Assembly (NCBI GenBank): GCA_951406725.2
Contig: OX597818.1
Coordinates: 131,378,001 to 131,442,000, forward strand
Origin: Octopus vulgaris
Taxonomy: Eukaryota
Reading direction: 5' to 3'
DNA: 64,000 bases
A program made the position numbers and the translations under genes. The notes beneath the pieces are model-generated. The model did not search any database, was not told the DNA's origin, and saw only the letters and a list, made by a program, of their open reading frames with translations. This document shows, piece by piece, positions 26,680 to 39,739 of this stretch; the stretch's first letter is position 1, and every line of letters begins with the position of its first letter.

Positions 26680-26825
26680 TAACTTCCACCTACCGAATTC
26701 AATCACAAAGCTCTGGTCGGCTCGGGGCTATAGTGGAAGACACCTACCCAAAGTGCCACGCAGTGGGACTGAACCCGAAACCATGTAGCTAGGAAGCAAG
26801 CTCCCTAACCACACAGCCATACCTG
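26680..26825 (-). mobile_element. SINE family B, 5' part
   Basis: GGGGCTATAGTGGAAGACAC...CAGTGGGACTGAACCCG. Confidence 0.75.
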
Positions 26826-28511
26826 TTCCGTATATTAAATACTCACTGCCAAACCTAGCGAGTATCTAAGCAATGTGTTTGTGAAAAGTTGATGCTTTCA
26901 TCTCTACAGAAAAATCTATAGAAATAACTTTAAAAATGAAACTATATTACTATTAACAGAGTTTTGACTTATAAACTTATTATATATTTCATAGAGTATT
27001 ATGGTTACAAAACGAAATGATTTTGACTTGATAGCAGTTGAATAGAGAAAAATATATGTGATCTATTATTGGTTGTAGCAAATGTCAGAATAACAGAAAA
27101 TTGACAATATAGGCACTATCTGTTAAATTGTTCTAATACAGTAGAATATAATCCTAACCCTGCTCTTTGGTCTGAATGTACTTTGTTGAATAGCCTAAGT
27201 GGGACAAGGCAGCTGATATTATGAATGATAAAGGTGTGGTAGACCTCCAGAACTCAAAGATTCTGGAATCCTTGAGTATTGGAAGTCAATGAAGGGATTG
27301 GGGACTGTGGAGGGTTTAGTGAATATAATGTAAAGGTGGGTGGAGGTTGAGGTGAAGAGAAGAGATGCGAGAGGGAGAGATAAAGAAAAAGTGGGGTGAG
27401 ATGTACATTAGAAGTTCAACTGACCTCACATAATCTAGGTTGTTAGTCGGTTTATATTTGTGAAAAATAGACTTTTGAATCCCCCTCTCTCTCTATATAT
27501 ATATGTGTGTGTGTATGTATGTATGCATGTGTATCAATATACCTTCACATATACATATGTACACACCTATACAATTTATGTCTGTCCATTATTCATCCAT
27601 ATTTACATACAGTATTATCAAACTTTACCTCCATGTGTCGTCAATCAACATATCTATCCCCCATTCAATTTATCTATTTATTTCTACTATTCATTCATTC
27701 ATTCATTCATACATTCATCTATCCATCCAGCCATCTACCCAGTTACCATTATATATGAATAGATTACTCTCAGGAAAGTTTCGTTAACTGGGGCTGAATT
27801 CTAGATGAAGATCCACTTTAAATTTTGTCCAATTGTTTCCATTTTCTAAGAATTCAAAAAGACACTCAAAATAAATATAAAATAAAATAAATATTGATGG
27901 AAATATGAAAGCTGTGCATGAAATGCTGTAATTACAGCAAAGAAGATATAGGTTCCTTCAGTTTTCCAATTTCTATATTCATCTTTTATTATTGCTTTGA
28001 TACTGATTCAATTAAATTACATTTGGTTTTGTTGCTATTGTATATATACAATATATATACAATTACATTGAAAGCAAATTTATCTAATCATAATACACAG
28101 TTTGACTTGATGCTGACCTGATATTTTTAAGGTGTCATCCTCATTCAAACTTCATGGATGCAGGCAAAGCTGTGTGGTTAACTTACTTTGCATTGTAACT
28201 ACATGACTTTGTGTACTGCTGCTAGGCTCCTTGGCCAAATATCTTCCGTCATAGACTCAGTTTAACTGAAGCATTTTTGAATAAAATTCGTTAAGTGGAA
28301 CCTATATGAAAACCTGTTGTAGGGAGTGTTCTTGATAAGGGCAACAGACACATATGGTTGTCCTGTTGCCCATAGCCAACACCTGGCCCTCAGAGGCAAA
28401 CATTTACATCAGTTCACTGGTCTAACAGTGACCTCCTTCTTCTAACCTGCCTCAGTCTCTGACAAAAGCAAATAGGTACTGCATTTCTTCTTCAATAAAG
28501 CTACACACACG

Positions 28512-28553
<42 letters not shown>

Positions 28554-28557
28554 TACA

Positions 28558-28745
28558 CTTACTTATTTGTACTTGTGACAGCGTTCACCCAGGGCGGGTT
28601 GAGCCGGCTTCTTCTCTGGTCCTAACGGCATCACGAACCATGGCAGCCCACACTTGACGGTCCTGTGCAAGGTCACTGGACAAAGCAAGCCATTCGCAGT
28701 TCCATCTGTGCAGACCGACCACCTGCAGACCTCATTGACAGATAT
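28558..28745 (-). mobile_element. RTE-like LINE 3' end, second family
   Basis: Minus strand encodes WLALSSDLAQDRQVWAAMVRDAVRTREEAGSTRPG* followed by an AAGT-repeat tail; the LAQDR..W motif is typical of RTE. Confidence 0.65.
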
Positions 28746-29999
28746 GTCTACAATGGTTTATGTTCTATCCTTGTAGTCCCCTTATGCTCAATTCCAAATG
28801 AGGGCTCTGTATATCATAATGGCATTATCTATACTTAAACATAGGTGAGATGCATAAGGTAGCAAGCTTCCACCGGCATGGGTCAATCTGATACTATTTT
28901 TTTTGCTCCTGCCCAACTGGTCCTCATCCATTTGAGGTCTTCCTGGAATGATCAGTGCATTGTGTTCTAGGGACACACACACACATATGTATACGTGTAT
29001 ATTTTGTATATAAATGTATATATATGAAATGGGATTCTATCAGTTTTGACTGCCAAATCCACTCATAAACCTTTGGTTGGCCCAGGACTGCAGTAAAAGT
29101 CACTTGTCCAAAATGCTGCATAATAAGACCAAACCCAAAAACTAAGTGGTTGGAAAGCAAATTTTTTAACCATACAGTGATGCCTGTGCATCATCCATCC
29201 ATCCATCTATCTTTCAATCTGTCTGTATACACACACACACACGTAGGTATATGCACATGCATGGATGTGTATACAGACTTACATTTATATAATATGTATG
29301 TATATGTATGTATTATGATATGTATGTAAGTAAGTATGTGTGGAGAGACAGAGAGTGTGGGAAGAGAGTGAAAAGCAGAGTACAAGTGAGTTGCAAAAGC
29401 ATCTGTGAATTAAAATCAATATATATGTATATAAAGGCATACACTGGTAGACATTTAATAGAAATGGACATTGAATGCCAGGTGAAGGAGGTGAGAGTAC
29501 CTGTGGCAAAAGAAGACTGCAGAAGACATGTAAAAGAAGGGATCAGGCAAGATATGAGAATGTTGAGCTTAAGAAAAACAATAACAAAAGATTATGACAA
29601 ACAGCAATATATTGTAAGACAGACTGACATATAATTCAAATCAACAAAGAAAAATAGACATCACTTATACACGATGACGATGATGATGATGATGATGGTG
29701 ATTATTGCATAAGTAAATATATATGTATATGACAGCATGCTAGTAGGCCTCACAATAAACCTTGTTAAAACTCTCACTCTTTATCAGTCTTGTGCTGGAA
29801 AGCATCAGATATCCTAAACCAGCAATGAATGTTAAAACTTTGTAAAATGTATCTTCCTTCAAATATGCTGGTAGCTTGTTAAGCAAGAATGCAGACCCAT
29901 GGTGACAAAATAAAAAAAATAAAAAAAATACAGAAGACATGAGTATCTTTGGGGAAAATTGCAAACTTTACTACTGTCTAACATCATATAAAAATATTA

Positions 30000-30200
30000 A
30001 TTCTAAATTTTGGCACAAGGCCTGCAATTTTGGGACAGGGAGTAAGTCAATGACACCAACCCCCCATAATCAACTGCTACTTATTTTACTGACCCTAAAG
30101 GATGAAAGGCAAAGTCGACCTCAAGAGAATTTGAACTCAGAATGTAAAGACAGCTAAGCATTTTACCCAGCATTCTAATGATTCAGCCATCTCACCCCAC
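30000..30200 (-). mobile_element. SINE family C, diverged
   Basis: AAGGATGAAAGGCAAAGTCGACCTC...GAATTTGAACTCAG. Confidence 0.7.
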
Positions 30201-30409
30201 CTTTGCATGTTATATAAAAATATTAACACAAAAATATCTATTTTCAAAATGTGCATTTTATCTTTCTGTTGTGAAACATGGATATTATATATATATAACA
30301 TGTTAAACGGTGAGTGTTCTTCAGCAAAAGTGCCTTCAATAAATTTTGTATATATTTTGGAGACATTGAGAGTGCTGTTAAGGTGAGGTGAGCAGAGCAG
30401 GTGTTGGAT

Positions 30410-30790
30410 GGAAGCACTCCGTCGGTTACGATGACGAGGGTTCCGGTTGATCCGACCAATGGAACAGCCTGCTCGTGAAATTAACGTGTAAATGGCTGAG
30501 CACTCCACAGACACGTGTACCCTTAACGTAGTTCTCGGAGATATTCAGCGTGACACAGAGAGTGACAAGGCCGGCCCTTAGAAATACAGGTACAACAGAA
30601 ACAGGAAGAAAGAGTGAGAGAAAGTTGTGGTGAAAGAGTACAGCAGGGATCACCACCATGCCCTGTTGGAGCCTCGTGGAGCTTTAGGTGCTTTCGCTCA
30701 ATAAACACTCACAACGCCCGGTCTGGGAATTGAAACCGCGATCCTACGACCGCGAGTCCGCTGCCCTAACCACTGGGCCATTGCGCCTCC
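30410..30790 (-). mobile_element. SINE family A, full length
   Basis: 12-bp TSD AGAGCAGGTGTT (30394-30405 / 30791-30802). Confidence 0.92.
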
Positions 30791-31029
30791 AGAGCAGGTG
30801 TTACGGTGCATACAAAAGATGAAAATATTCTCCAGGCATCTACTGCACAGAGAAATATGTTCTGGGAAGTGAGGCACTGTACAAACCAAAGTTAAGATGC
30901 AAAGACTATCTAGAATCTAATCTGAAAAAAATGCAATATTCATGAGTGGAATTGGAAATAATTGCAGTTGACATAATATCATGGGGAAAAGCATCCAGTG
31001 TCCCCATACATTTTGAAGAGAATCACATA

Positions 31030-31356
31030 AACCCTTTTACACTTAAACTGGCAATAAGTGACCCAAATATTCTATCTGTTTTATGTTCAAACCAGCTTCT
31101 CACACCTACCCTACTATGTCATTTCAATAATAACACTGTGTAACAATTTGTTTTCTGCCTTCAGTCGGTAATTGTTATTTCCTATTTGCTTCTATCTAGA
31201 AATCAAAAGGAAATGACTTCTATTCCCTTCAAACTTTGCTTTTGTGACCTGGACATCAATGTTTTGAAACTGACCTATTTTCCATTGTTCTACTAAAGGC
31301 AGTGCTCCAGCATAGCCGCAGTCAAATGACTGGAACAAGTAAATGAATAAAAGAAT

Positions 31357-31396
<40 letters not shown>

Positions 31397-31997
31397 GGTA
31401 GGTATTTCTAGTTTCTGTCAAATTCACTCAAAGGGGCATTGGTTAAGATAAGTAGTAAAACACTCTTGCCTAAGGTTCTGTGCAATAGGACAGAACCTGT
31501 GACAACATGGCTGCAAAGCAAACTTCTTAACCATAAATATATATATGGTAGGTATTTCTAGCACTGAGTTGCTGAAGCAGAAATACTGTTATAGCAAATA
31601 TTCTGCTCAATACCACAGATTCGCTTTATCAGTTGCTTGACCTTAATCACTTGAGCATGTCCCTTAGTGGCTGACAAAAAAGTACATCTCTGATCATGAG
31701 CAGGAGTTGTGGGTGGGGTGGGGGGCATTATAGCCATATGTTGAGAGGGATTCTTTGGGGGTGTGAATAAATGTAACAAGAGCAAAATTTGAAGGAGATA
31801 TTAGTCATTTTTCATACTTTCTAGGAGTAAGCAAATAGGAAATAACAGTAGCTGCCCAAGGACAAAAATCATGTTAAACAGCGTAATCAATCACATCATC
31901 AAAACCTCAAAGTTTCAAGATAATACAGAATTTTTTCAAACCAATGTGAATAAATAAGCATTACATTTGACAGAATAATCTGGATGTTAAAGGGTTA
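31030..31997. mobile_element. piggyBac-type MITE hosting a Chapaev3-like MITE
   Basis: AACCCTTT...AAAGGGTTAA termini; body homologous to 1618-1835 (inverted) and split by 31134-31883. Confidence 0.6.
31134..31883. mobile_element. Chapaev3/CMC-like MITE containing a templated insertion
   Basis: TAA|CACTGTGTAAC...GTTAAACAGCG|TAA; colinear with 410-1298 except for the insert at 31287-31561. Confidence 0.75.
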
Positions 31998-32148
31998 AAC
32001 ACACAAAAATCGCTGCCAGATGAAAGGAAAGGAAACCTCTTCTTAGCAATAATCTCATCAAATAGTAATTTGTAACTGAGTTCGTCTGTATGAGGTGGAT
32101 TTTCTGAGCCAGTCAAGAAAGCATGAACTAAAGTAGACTAATAATAAA

Positions 32149-32548
32149 TCTTTATATATAAAAGCGAAGTTGTGTGTCTGTCTCCTACGATTTAGATTCC
32201 TAACTACTCCCACATTTTGCAGTGCAGTTTAACCAAAACTGGGTATCTTATAGTCGGGATTCATATCAAGCCCTTCCAGGTGTTAGCTCGCATCTACGAT
32301 GAGTCTACGATTTAAAAAAAAATTTACCACAATTTTTTTCCATTTTAATGCATTTTTTTCGCTATTATATAAGGGAAGTAACTCTCTAAAAATGTCTACG
32401 ATGAGTCAACGATTTAAAAAAAAATTTACCATAATTTTGTTTTCCATTTTTAATGCATTTTTTGGCTATTTTTTGGCTATAACTCTCTAAAAATGCTTAT
32501 ATAGTTATTTCCCTTACAAACCCGAGCAACGCCAGGCGATACTGCTAG
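32149..32548 (+). mobile_element. Non-autonomous Helitron
   Basis: A|TCTTTATATATAAAAG start, subterminal GC-rich hairpin-like CCCGAGCAACGCCAGG, CTAG|T end, internal ~100-bp tandem duplication. Confidence 0.75.
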
Positions 32549-33822
32549 TAACTAATAATAAATCTTCCAGAGCACGTAAAAGAATCCATGTCCCCACCTT
32601 ATGCAATAACCGTTTTCTTTTCGTTGGTGATCTGAAGAGACACACGTCTGTACAGAATGTCAAATGACATGATTCTGCTTTGAATTTAACTGAGAAGAGA
32701 TATTTCTGTAATGACTATCATAAAAACTGCAGGAAAATCAATTGGGCTAAAGGAAGTCATCAGCAAGTATTTTGGGTATCTGTTTTGAAGCAGATGCTCT
32801 CTTGTTTTTTCAAGGACTTGAATTGCATTGATCATCACTCACTGAACTGCTCTGATGAGGAATATATTGTATATGCAGGATATAAACAAACTTTACGGCT
32901 GCATAAGTTGAGAAAACATCTGAACAATGTGAAGACAAGTGGACACACACCCACACACACACACACACACACACATCGCAGCATCATTTGATATCCGTTT
33001 TTCATGCAAGCGGTTTGATAGGATCTGGTGAACCACAAAGCTGTGTGCATATGCACAAACATTCATGTGTATGTGTGTGTGCGTGTGTATATATGCATAT
33101 GTATATATAAAATTAATCAAAAGACATAGTATCTGGTAAAGTACAGAACAAAAGAATTTTTACTTAAAATATTGCAGCTACAGATAAAATTTCAAATAAA
33201 ATATTTAAATTAAGAAAATATTAGCTTTTATTGAAACCAAAAATTTTATTATCGGTTATTACTTCTATTTGTTATTACTTGTTACTTCTATTAAAGATTT
33301 AAAAAATAACTCAAAATATTTTTTGCACTTTAAAAAGAATTCATCTTTTAAAATTATTAATTAATAATTAGAAATTTGAAAATAGGTTATAAAAAATATA
33401 AGTAGAACATAATTAGTTATTACAGTAAAATCTACCAAAAGCAACAAATTCACAGTAAAATTTGCTTGAGTTATTACCTAAGTTATTGCCAAGTTTTCAC
33501 ATTTTTAGTTTTGACACAATGCCTATTTTTTACATAATGAATTTGCATACCATATATACTATTCTACATTGCATAAAACTTTAGCAATATTGGTACTTCA
33601 TTCTCTCGTTTTATAAGTATTCTAGTGTGTCAATATTCTAGTAAAATGATGGTGCCTTTGTAATTATAATGTTACTTTGTAAATTAAAATCAAATAATTT
33701 TTGATATTCAAATTTCATCCTTAGCTGCAATATTTTAATTAAAAATGTTCTTTTTCTATACTTTCTCAGATGTAATAACTTATATGAACTTTTCCAAGTG
33801 TAATAACTTGTCCTGTACTTTT

Positions 33823-33857
<35 letters not shown>

Positions 33858-33859
33858 TA

Positions 33860-34226
33860 CTCTTTTACTGTCTTTAGTTGAAGAATTTGACCACAAGACT
33901 TATTCTTTGTAAGCCTAGTACTTATTCTACTGATTTCTTTTGCCAAACTGTTAAGTTTCAGGGATATAAACAAACCAACATTGGTTGTCAAGTTATAGAG
34001 GGTAGACAAACACATACACAAAGACACACACACATAAATATATACATATATATATATATATATAAACATGACGGGCTTCTTTCAGTTTCCGTCTACCAAA
34101 TCCACTCACAAGGCTTTGGTCAGCCAGAGGCTATAGTAGAAAACACTTGCCCAAGGTGCCACATGGTGGGACTGAACTTGGAACCATGTGTTTGGGAAAC
34201 AAGCTTCTTACCACGCAGCCATGCCA
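33860..34226 (-). mobile_element. SINE family B
   Basis: Colinear with the consensus. Confidence 0.82.
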
Positions 34227-34239
34227 TATATGTATATGA

Positions 34240-34498
34240 TCTGTGGCGCTGCCTTGACTGGCTTCCGTGCCGGTGGCACATTAAAAGCACCAACCAATTG
34301 TGGCCGCTGCCAGACTCCCCTGGCACATAAAAAGCACCCACTACACTCACGAAATGGTTGGTGTTAGGAAGGGCATCCAGCTGTAGAAACACTGCCAGAT
34401 CAGACTGGAGCCTGGTGCAGCCTCCTGGCTTCCCAGACCCCGGTCGAACCGTCCAACCGCGGAAAACGGACATTAAACGATGATGATGATGATGATGA
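34240..34498 (+). mobile_element. RTE LINE 3' UTR with (GAT)n tail
   Basis: Homologous to 10391-10709. Confidence 0.8.
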
Positions 34499-34514
34499 TA
34501 TATATTGATTTCAA

Positions 34515-34720
34515 TTTTTGGTACAAGGCCTGCAATTCCAGGGAAATGAATAAGTTGATTGCATCAACTGCAGAGTTCACCTGGTACTTATTTTACTGAC
34601 CCTGAAAGGATGAAAGACCAAGTCAGCCTTGGTGGAATTTGAACTCAGTACATGAAGACAGACAAAATGCAGCTAAGAATTTTCTCCGGCGTGCTAACAA
34701 CTCAGCCAGCCCACCACCTT

Positions 34721-34722
<2 letters not shown>
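34515..34722 (-). mobile_element. SINE family C, diverged
   Basis: GAAAGGATGAAAG...GGAATTTGAACTCAG. Confidence 0.7.
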
Positions 34723-34768
<46 letters not shown>

Positions 34769-34794
34769 TCATCATTAAATGATGATGATGATGA

Positions 34795-34887
<93 letters not shown>

Positions 34888-35584
34888 CATTATATATATT
34901 TACATAAATATGTGATACATTTATTTTATAATGCATAACATGATATGCATTATATAACAAGCAAGGCACATTGAGCAAATGTCTTCAGTTATAGCTTTGG
35001 ACCAAGCAAAGCCTTGTGAGTGAATATGGTAGGCAGAAGTTCCTTTGTATGTATTTGTATGGAAGTGCTTATGCCTCTTTTGATAGGTAGGATTTCATGA
35101 TACATACTACTTTATACTTTATATATATACTGTATATATATATTATATATTTTATATATATATATATATATATCATCAAAGTTCTGGTGTAAATTCTTTT
35201 CTGCCATTCATTGGTCTTACGATTGTTTTTTTCTTCTTCTCTTCTTCCTTCCTCTTTTATTCAGCATAATTCTCAACCACCACACACACACACACACACA
35301 CAAAAACACTTATGCATAACCACCTCTTCCCACTATGCCTACATATATGAGCTTATATATGTACATATATTTTTGTGTGTGTATATATACACATGTGTTG
35401 GTGTGTGTGTGTATATATATATATAAACTTGTGTATATATGTCGCTCTCTCTATGTATATAATATATATCCACACTTATACATATGTATGTATATATATA
35501 TATATATATACACATACATATATATATATATGTGTGTGTGTGTATGTATATGTATGTATGTGCATGTGTGTGTAAATATATATG

Positions 35585-35629
<45 letters not shown>

Positions 35630-36214
35630 TCATACACACACAATATATTCTTCTAGTGCTGTCTCTCATCTTTTGGACAAGTCCCTGTCCTAGCTTTGTT
35701 CTGTTTCAACTTGAATCTTCCTCTGGCTTCCCATTTCAAAAACAATAACTGCAAAAACACAACTAACAACAACAACAACAACATCAACAAACCACAACAA
35801 CAACAGCAACAACAACAAACCACAACACAGTTGCATTCCTCTGTCTTTTGTCACGTTATCAGGGGTTTGATCTCTCAAAGCAGCAGAGATGCAGCTACAG
35901 CCATGGAATACAAGACGTGAAGCCAAAGACAAGATTGTTGTAATTATGAGTATGTACAGCAGATTTCTGTGAGGCTAAGATATCTACTAGGGCCAAACAT
36001 GCATGACATTGGATGCTTGGCTATTGTATCAGATGCTGTCTTCGGAAACAAGCTGTCATTCATTTATACATATCTGTTACTTACACAAAGCTGCAACACA
36101 CACATACTCTCTCTCTCTCTCTCTCTCTCGCACTCTCTCTCTCAGACACACAGGTACATATGCACATGCACTCGTTCACATATACTTGTGTATATATGTT
36201 GCTCTCTCTCTTCT

Positions 36215-36450
36215 ATGTATATAATATATATATGCACACTTATACATATGTATGTACGTATATATATGTATGTATATATATATATATATATATATATACA
36301 TACATACATACATACATATATACATATACTCATATATAGATATATACATAAATACATATATATACATATACACATATATAGATATATACATACATACATA
36401 TGTATGTGTATATATATATATATATGATATATATACATATATATACATAC

Positions 36451-36541
<91 letters not shown>

Positions 36542-36584
36542 CATATACATATATACATATATACATATACATATATACATACAT

Positions 36585-36673
<89 letters not shown>

Positions 36674-36750
36674 TACATACACATATATATATCTATACAT
36701 ATATATACATATATATATGCATATATATATATATACACACACACACACAA
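36215..36750. repeat. (TA)n/(TACA)n microsatellite field
   Basis: Direct reading of the sequence. Confidence 0.95.
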
Positions 36751-37134
36751 ATGTAATGTACAGATATTTGAATACAAATACATTATCGTGGTAAATATTT
36801 ATGCGAGTATTTGAATATATATATATACAAAAGCTCATATAAATATGATATGAATATATCTGTATTGAAATATGTATCTATTTAAACACTTAATACACTC
36901 AGATTTAAGCACATGTAATAACTTAGATAAACAAATATTGTGTATACCCGTATGTATATTAAGAAATACATTTACATAACTACTAATATACGTTTGAATA
37001 TGTACATGATATGTTTGTGTATCTGATAACAGGAGTTTCTAGGTTTAGAAAAATCACATGGTCTTTGTATGTTCAGATTTATGAAAAGTATGGGTTACTT
37101 AAATTCTCGTAGATGTAGGTCTGTTGGCTAGAGA

Positions 37135-38500
37135 AATGCATCCCCTTCTATAACGATGCCCTAGCAAACAATGGCTTCAAAGATAGGTTATATTACAACC
37201 CTTCAATTAAAAATATAAAACCTAAAAACAAGCGAAGAAAAATAAAATGGTTCACTCCACTGCCACCACCATGAAATTCCTAGCTCTTTTAGATAAGCAT
37301 TTCCTTTTAAACCATAAATACAGGAAGATTTTTAATAGACACTTGATAAAAAATATCATACAGCTGCTACATCAATATGAAGAACAGTGTCACTTGTAAG
37401 CTGTACCAAGAGTCTACCCTTGGTTGTAACTGTCATGACCCTGAAGCTTGCCCACTTGACCAGGCATGTATGATAAACTCTATCATCTATGAAATGCTTC
37501 AAGGCAACAAATATGAAAAGAAAAATTACTTTGGTTTATGTGAAGGCAATTTTAAAGACATGTTGCAAACCACCATTTTTTTTTCCAGCACATCAAAAAA
37601 AATTAAAGCCTCTAAGATACTTAGCCACATACAGGATTTGTAGACCAACTGCACATTACATACAATCAAGTGGAGAATTATATAGAAATAATCTATGCCA
37701 TATGTAAATTGATCAAAGAGATGTAACTTATGCGTAACTTAAAGAATGCGATTCTTTTTAGATCCAAGAATTCCATCACACTACTTAATTCCAGTTCTAA
37801 AATTTTCAGCAAATACAAGCAAATACACAAATTTCTTTAGGCAGAAAGGAGAACACCACCCTCTCTGGATTGAATATTTGTCTCATATAGTTTGGACTCC
37901 TCTCTATTGGATTATTCTACTGCAGCTAACTTAATTATGATTTCTATGGTCAAAAACATAAATCTAGTTTTCTTTTTCTCCTTTCCCGTTTTTTTTTCCA
38001 TTTTCATTCACCCGTTGTCTTCCCATTCTACTTTTTGCATCAGCCTTCTTCTCATTTTTTTCTCATGGTTTCTCATGTACCAGCATCCTGATTTTCAAAT
38101 AGAATAAACATGTTAGGCGCAGGAACCTGAAGATTGCTTGGCGACACAAGGTACATTATAAAATCTGCCTAACCACATGTCTCAAAGGTAAGAAATTATT
38201 AGTAGCTCTTATTTTAATACAATGTAGACTGAATGATTTATATATAATAATAACAGACGGTTAGTAGCGACGCCTGCTGGGTCTGGCTACTCTGCATTGA
38301 TAAAGGGCAAATACCCTGAAACATGTCTGCAGATATCTGACCAGCAATGTGAAGCGACTGACCTCTCCTGTTCGAGGGTTATAATGGACACAGGTTCGTG
38401 TGTCATATAGCTAGCTAGAGGCGATGGCCTCCTGGAGCTAATCAACGGCAGCTTTAGTCTTATATTTATGGACTACCATATTAGCTTGGCGATAACTATT
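37135..38500 (+). mobile_element. Decayed Penelope-like element: post-RT linker, Cys-rich motif, GIY-YIG endonuclease, 3' pseudo-LTR with HHR
   Basis: Frameshifted peptides ASPFYNDALANNGF..KRRKIKWFTP, LLDKHF..KYRKIFNR, CNCHDPEACPLDQACMINSIIYE..NYFGLCEGNFK (CxCx5Cx5C plus GIY-YIG-like IIY/YFG), IKWRII, SKRCNLC. Confidence 0.85.
38291..38333 (+). ncRNA. Type I hammerhead ribozyme (core decayed) in the PLE 3' region
   Basis: TCTGCA-TTGATAA-AGGG-CAAATA-CCCT-GAAA-CATG-TC-TGCAGA: perfect stems I and II, palindromic ACATGT stem III, two core substitutions versus CUGAUGA. Confidence 0.75.
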
Positions 38501-39092
38501 AATATATAATAATATTTATACATATATATTTGTGTAGTGGGGACCACACTTGTATTTATAGTTAAAACTAGTGCTGAATCAAATAGTACAACTTAACCAT
38601 TCAGTAAATATAGGTTGATAAAATAAGTAGCTGATATGTGCTGTGGGCCATTTCAAAATCTTTAATTCTTCTCTTCAAACCATTTATACATTTAAGGGCT
38701 TCAGTCAATCAGTGTTGAACATGCATCTGCCCATTATACGCAGGCCTGAACAAGGTTTGCCTGAAGATGATTAGCCATTTCCTCTCATGTACTTAAGTCT
38801 CTTCTCTCTATGTTACCCTCCAATGTCATTCAAGTGAAAGGCTACTGTCTAGGGGACAATGCATCTTGACACTAATGTCCTTGCGAGCACTGCTGTCAGA
38901 AAACTATGAGCTGGAAGAGATACTGCTAGGCATCTTGTCTGATGCTTCAACAGTTCCATCCAGTCCTCTGCTCTGGTTTATTACTTAAGTTGACCTGGCA
39001 GAATTCAGTTTCAGAGCACAGAAAATCAGAACAAAGAATGCAAAGCTTTCTATCTTATATTCTAATAACTGTACCAATTTGCTACCTTAATG

Positions 39093-39132
<40 letters not shown>

Positions 39133-39165
39133 ATAATTTTAATTCAATATTTTAGATATTATCCA

Positions 39166-39408
39166 ATGCACCAATCCGACTGTGGCCGATGCCAGCCTCG
39201 CCTGGCTCCAGTGCAGGTGGCACGTAAAAAGCACCCACTACACTCACGGAGTGGTTGGCGTTAGGAAGGGCATCCAGCTGTAGAAACATTGCCAGATAAG
39301 ACCGGAGCCTGGTGCAGCCTTCTGGCTTCCCAGATCCCCGGTCGAACCGTCCAACCCATGCTAGCATGGAGAATGGACGTTAAACGATGATGATGATGAT
39401 GATGATGA
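39166..39408 (+). mobile_element. RTE LINE 3' UTR with (GAT)n tail
   Basis: Homologous to 20332-20630. Confidence 0.8.
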
Positions 39409-39739
39409 TTCTATCAATCACAGATGGGAATGGAAAGTCTCTTACCATGTTTCTGATGAAGTACACTGCTTTGTGTGTTTCAATTAATTTTGAAAATAAT
39501 GAAGAAATTAATAAAATTACTTGTCATTATTAAGCTCTTGTTTGGAGCATAAATTAACATGAAAGGTTTTAATTTAAAACGAAGGTTTTAATTTAGATAA
39601 CTTTAACAACACAAAGCTTGTATCAAAAACAAAAAGCTAGGGGTGGTCTCAGGTGGGATGATATCAAAAGCGCCAATCAGGTAAAGCATCATGGATGTTT
39701 TGTAGTATTACTTATTTATATTCCTTGCCTGTCTGACTT

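Noticed and set aside
35696-35920. Poly-N/poly-Q ORF
   Set aside because: (CAA)n low-complexity tract without exon signals or recognisable domain.
36142-36838. Several 100-220-aa YI/CV/HT-rich ORFs (also near 14 kb, 25.6 kb and 52 kb)
   Set aside because: Stop-free readings of (TA)n/(CA)n tracts.
38335-38460. Possible HDV-like ribozyme after the PLE hammerhead
   Set aside because: A hairpin (GACACA/TGTGTC) exists, but P1, P2 and J4/2 could not be assembled convincingly.
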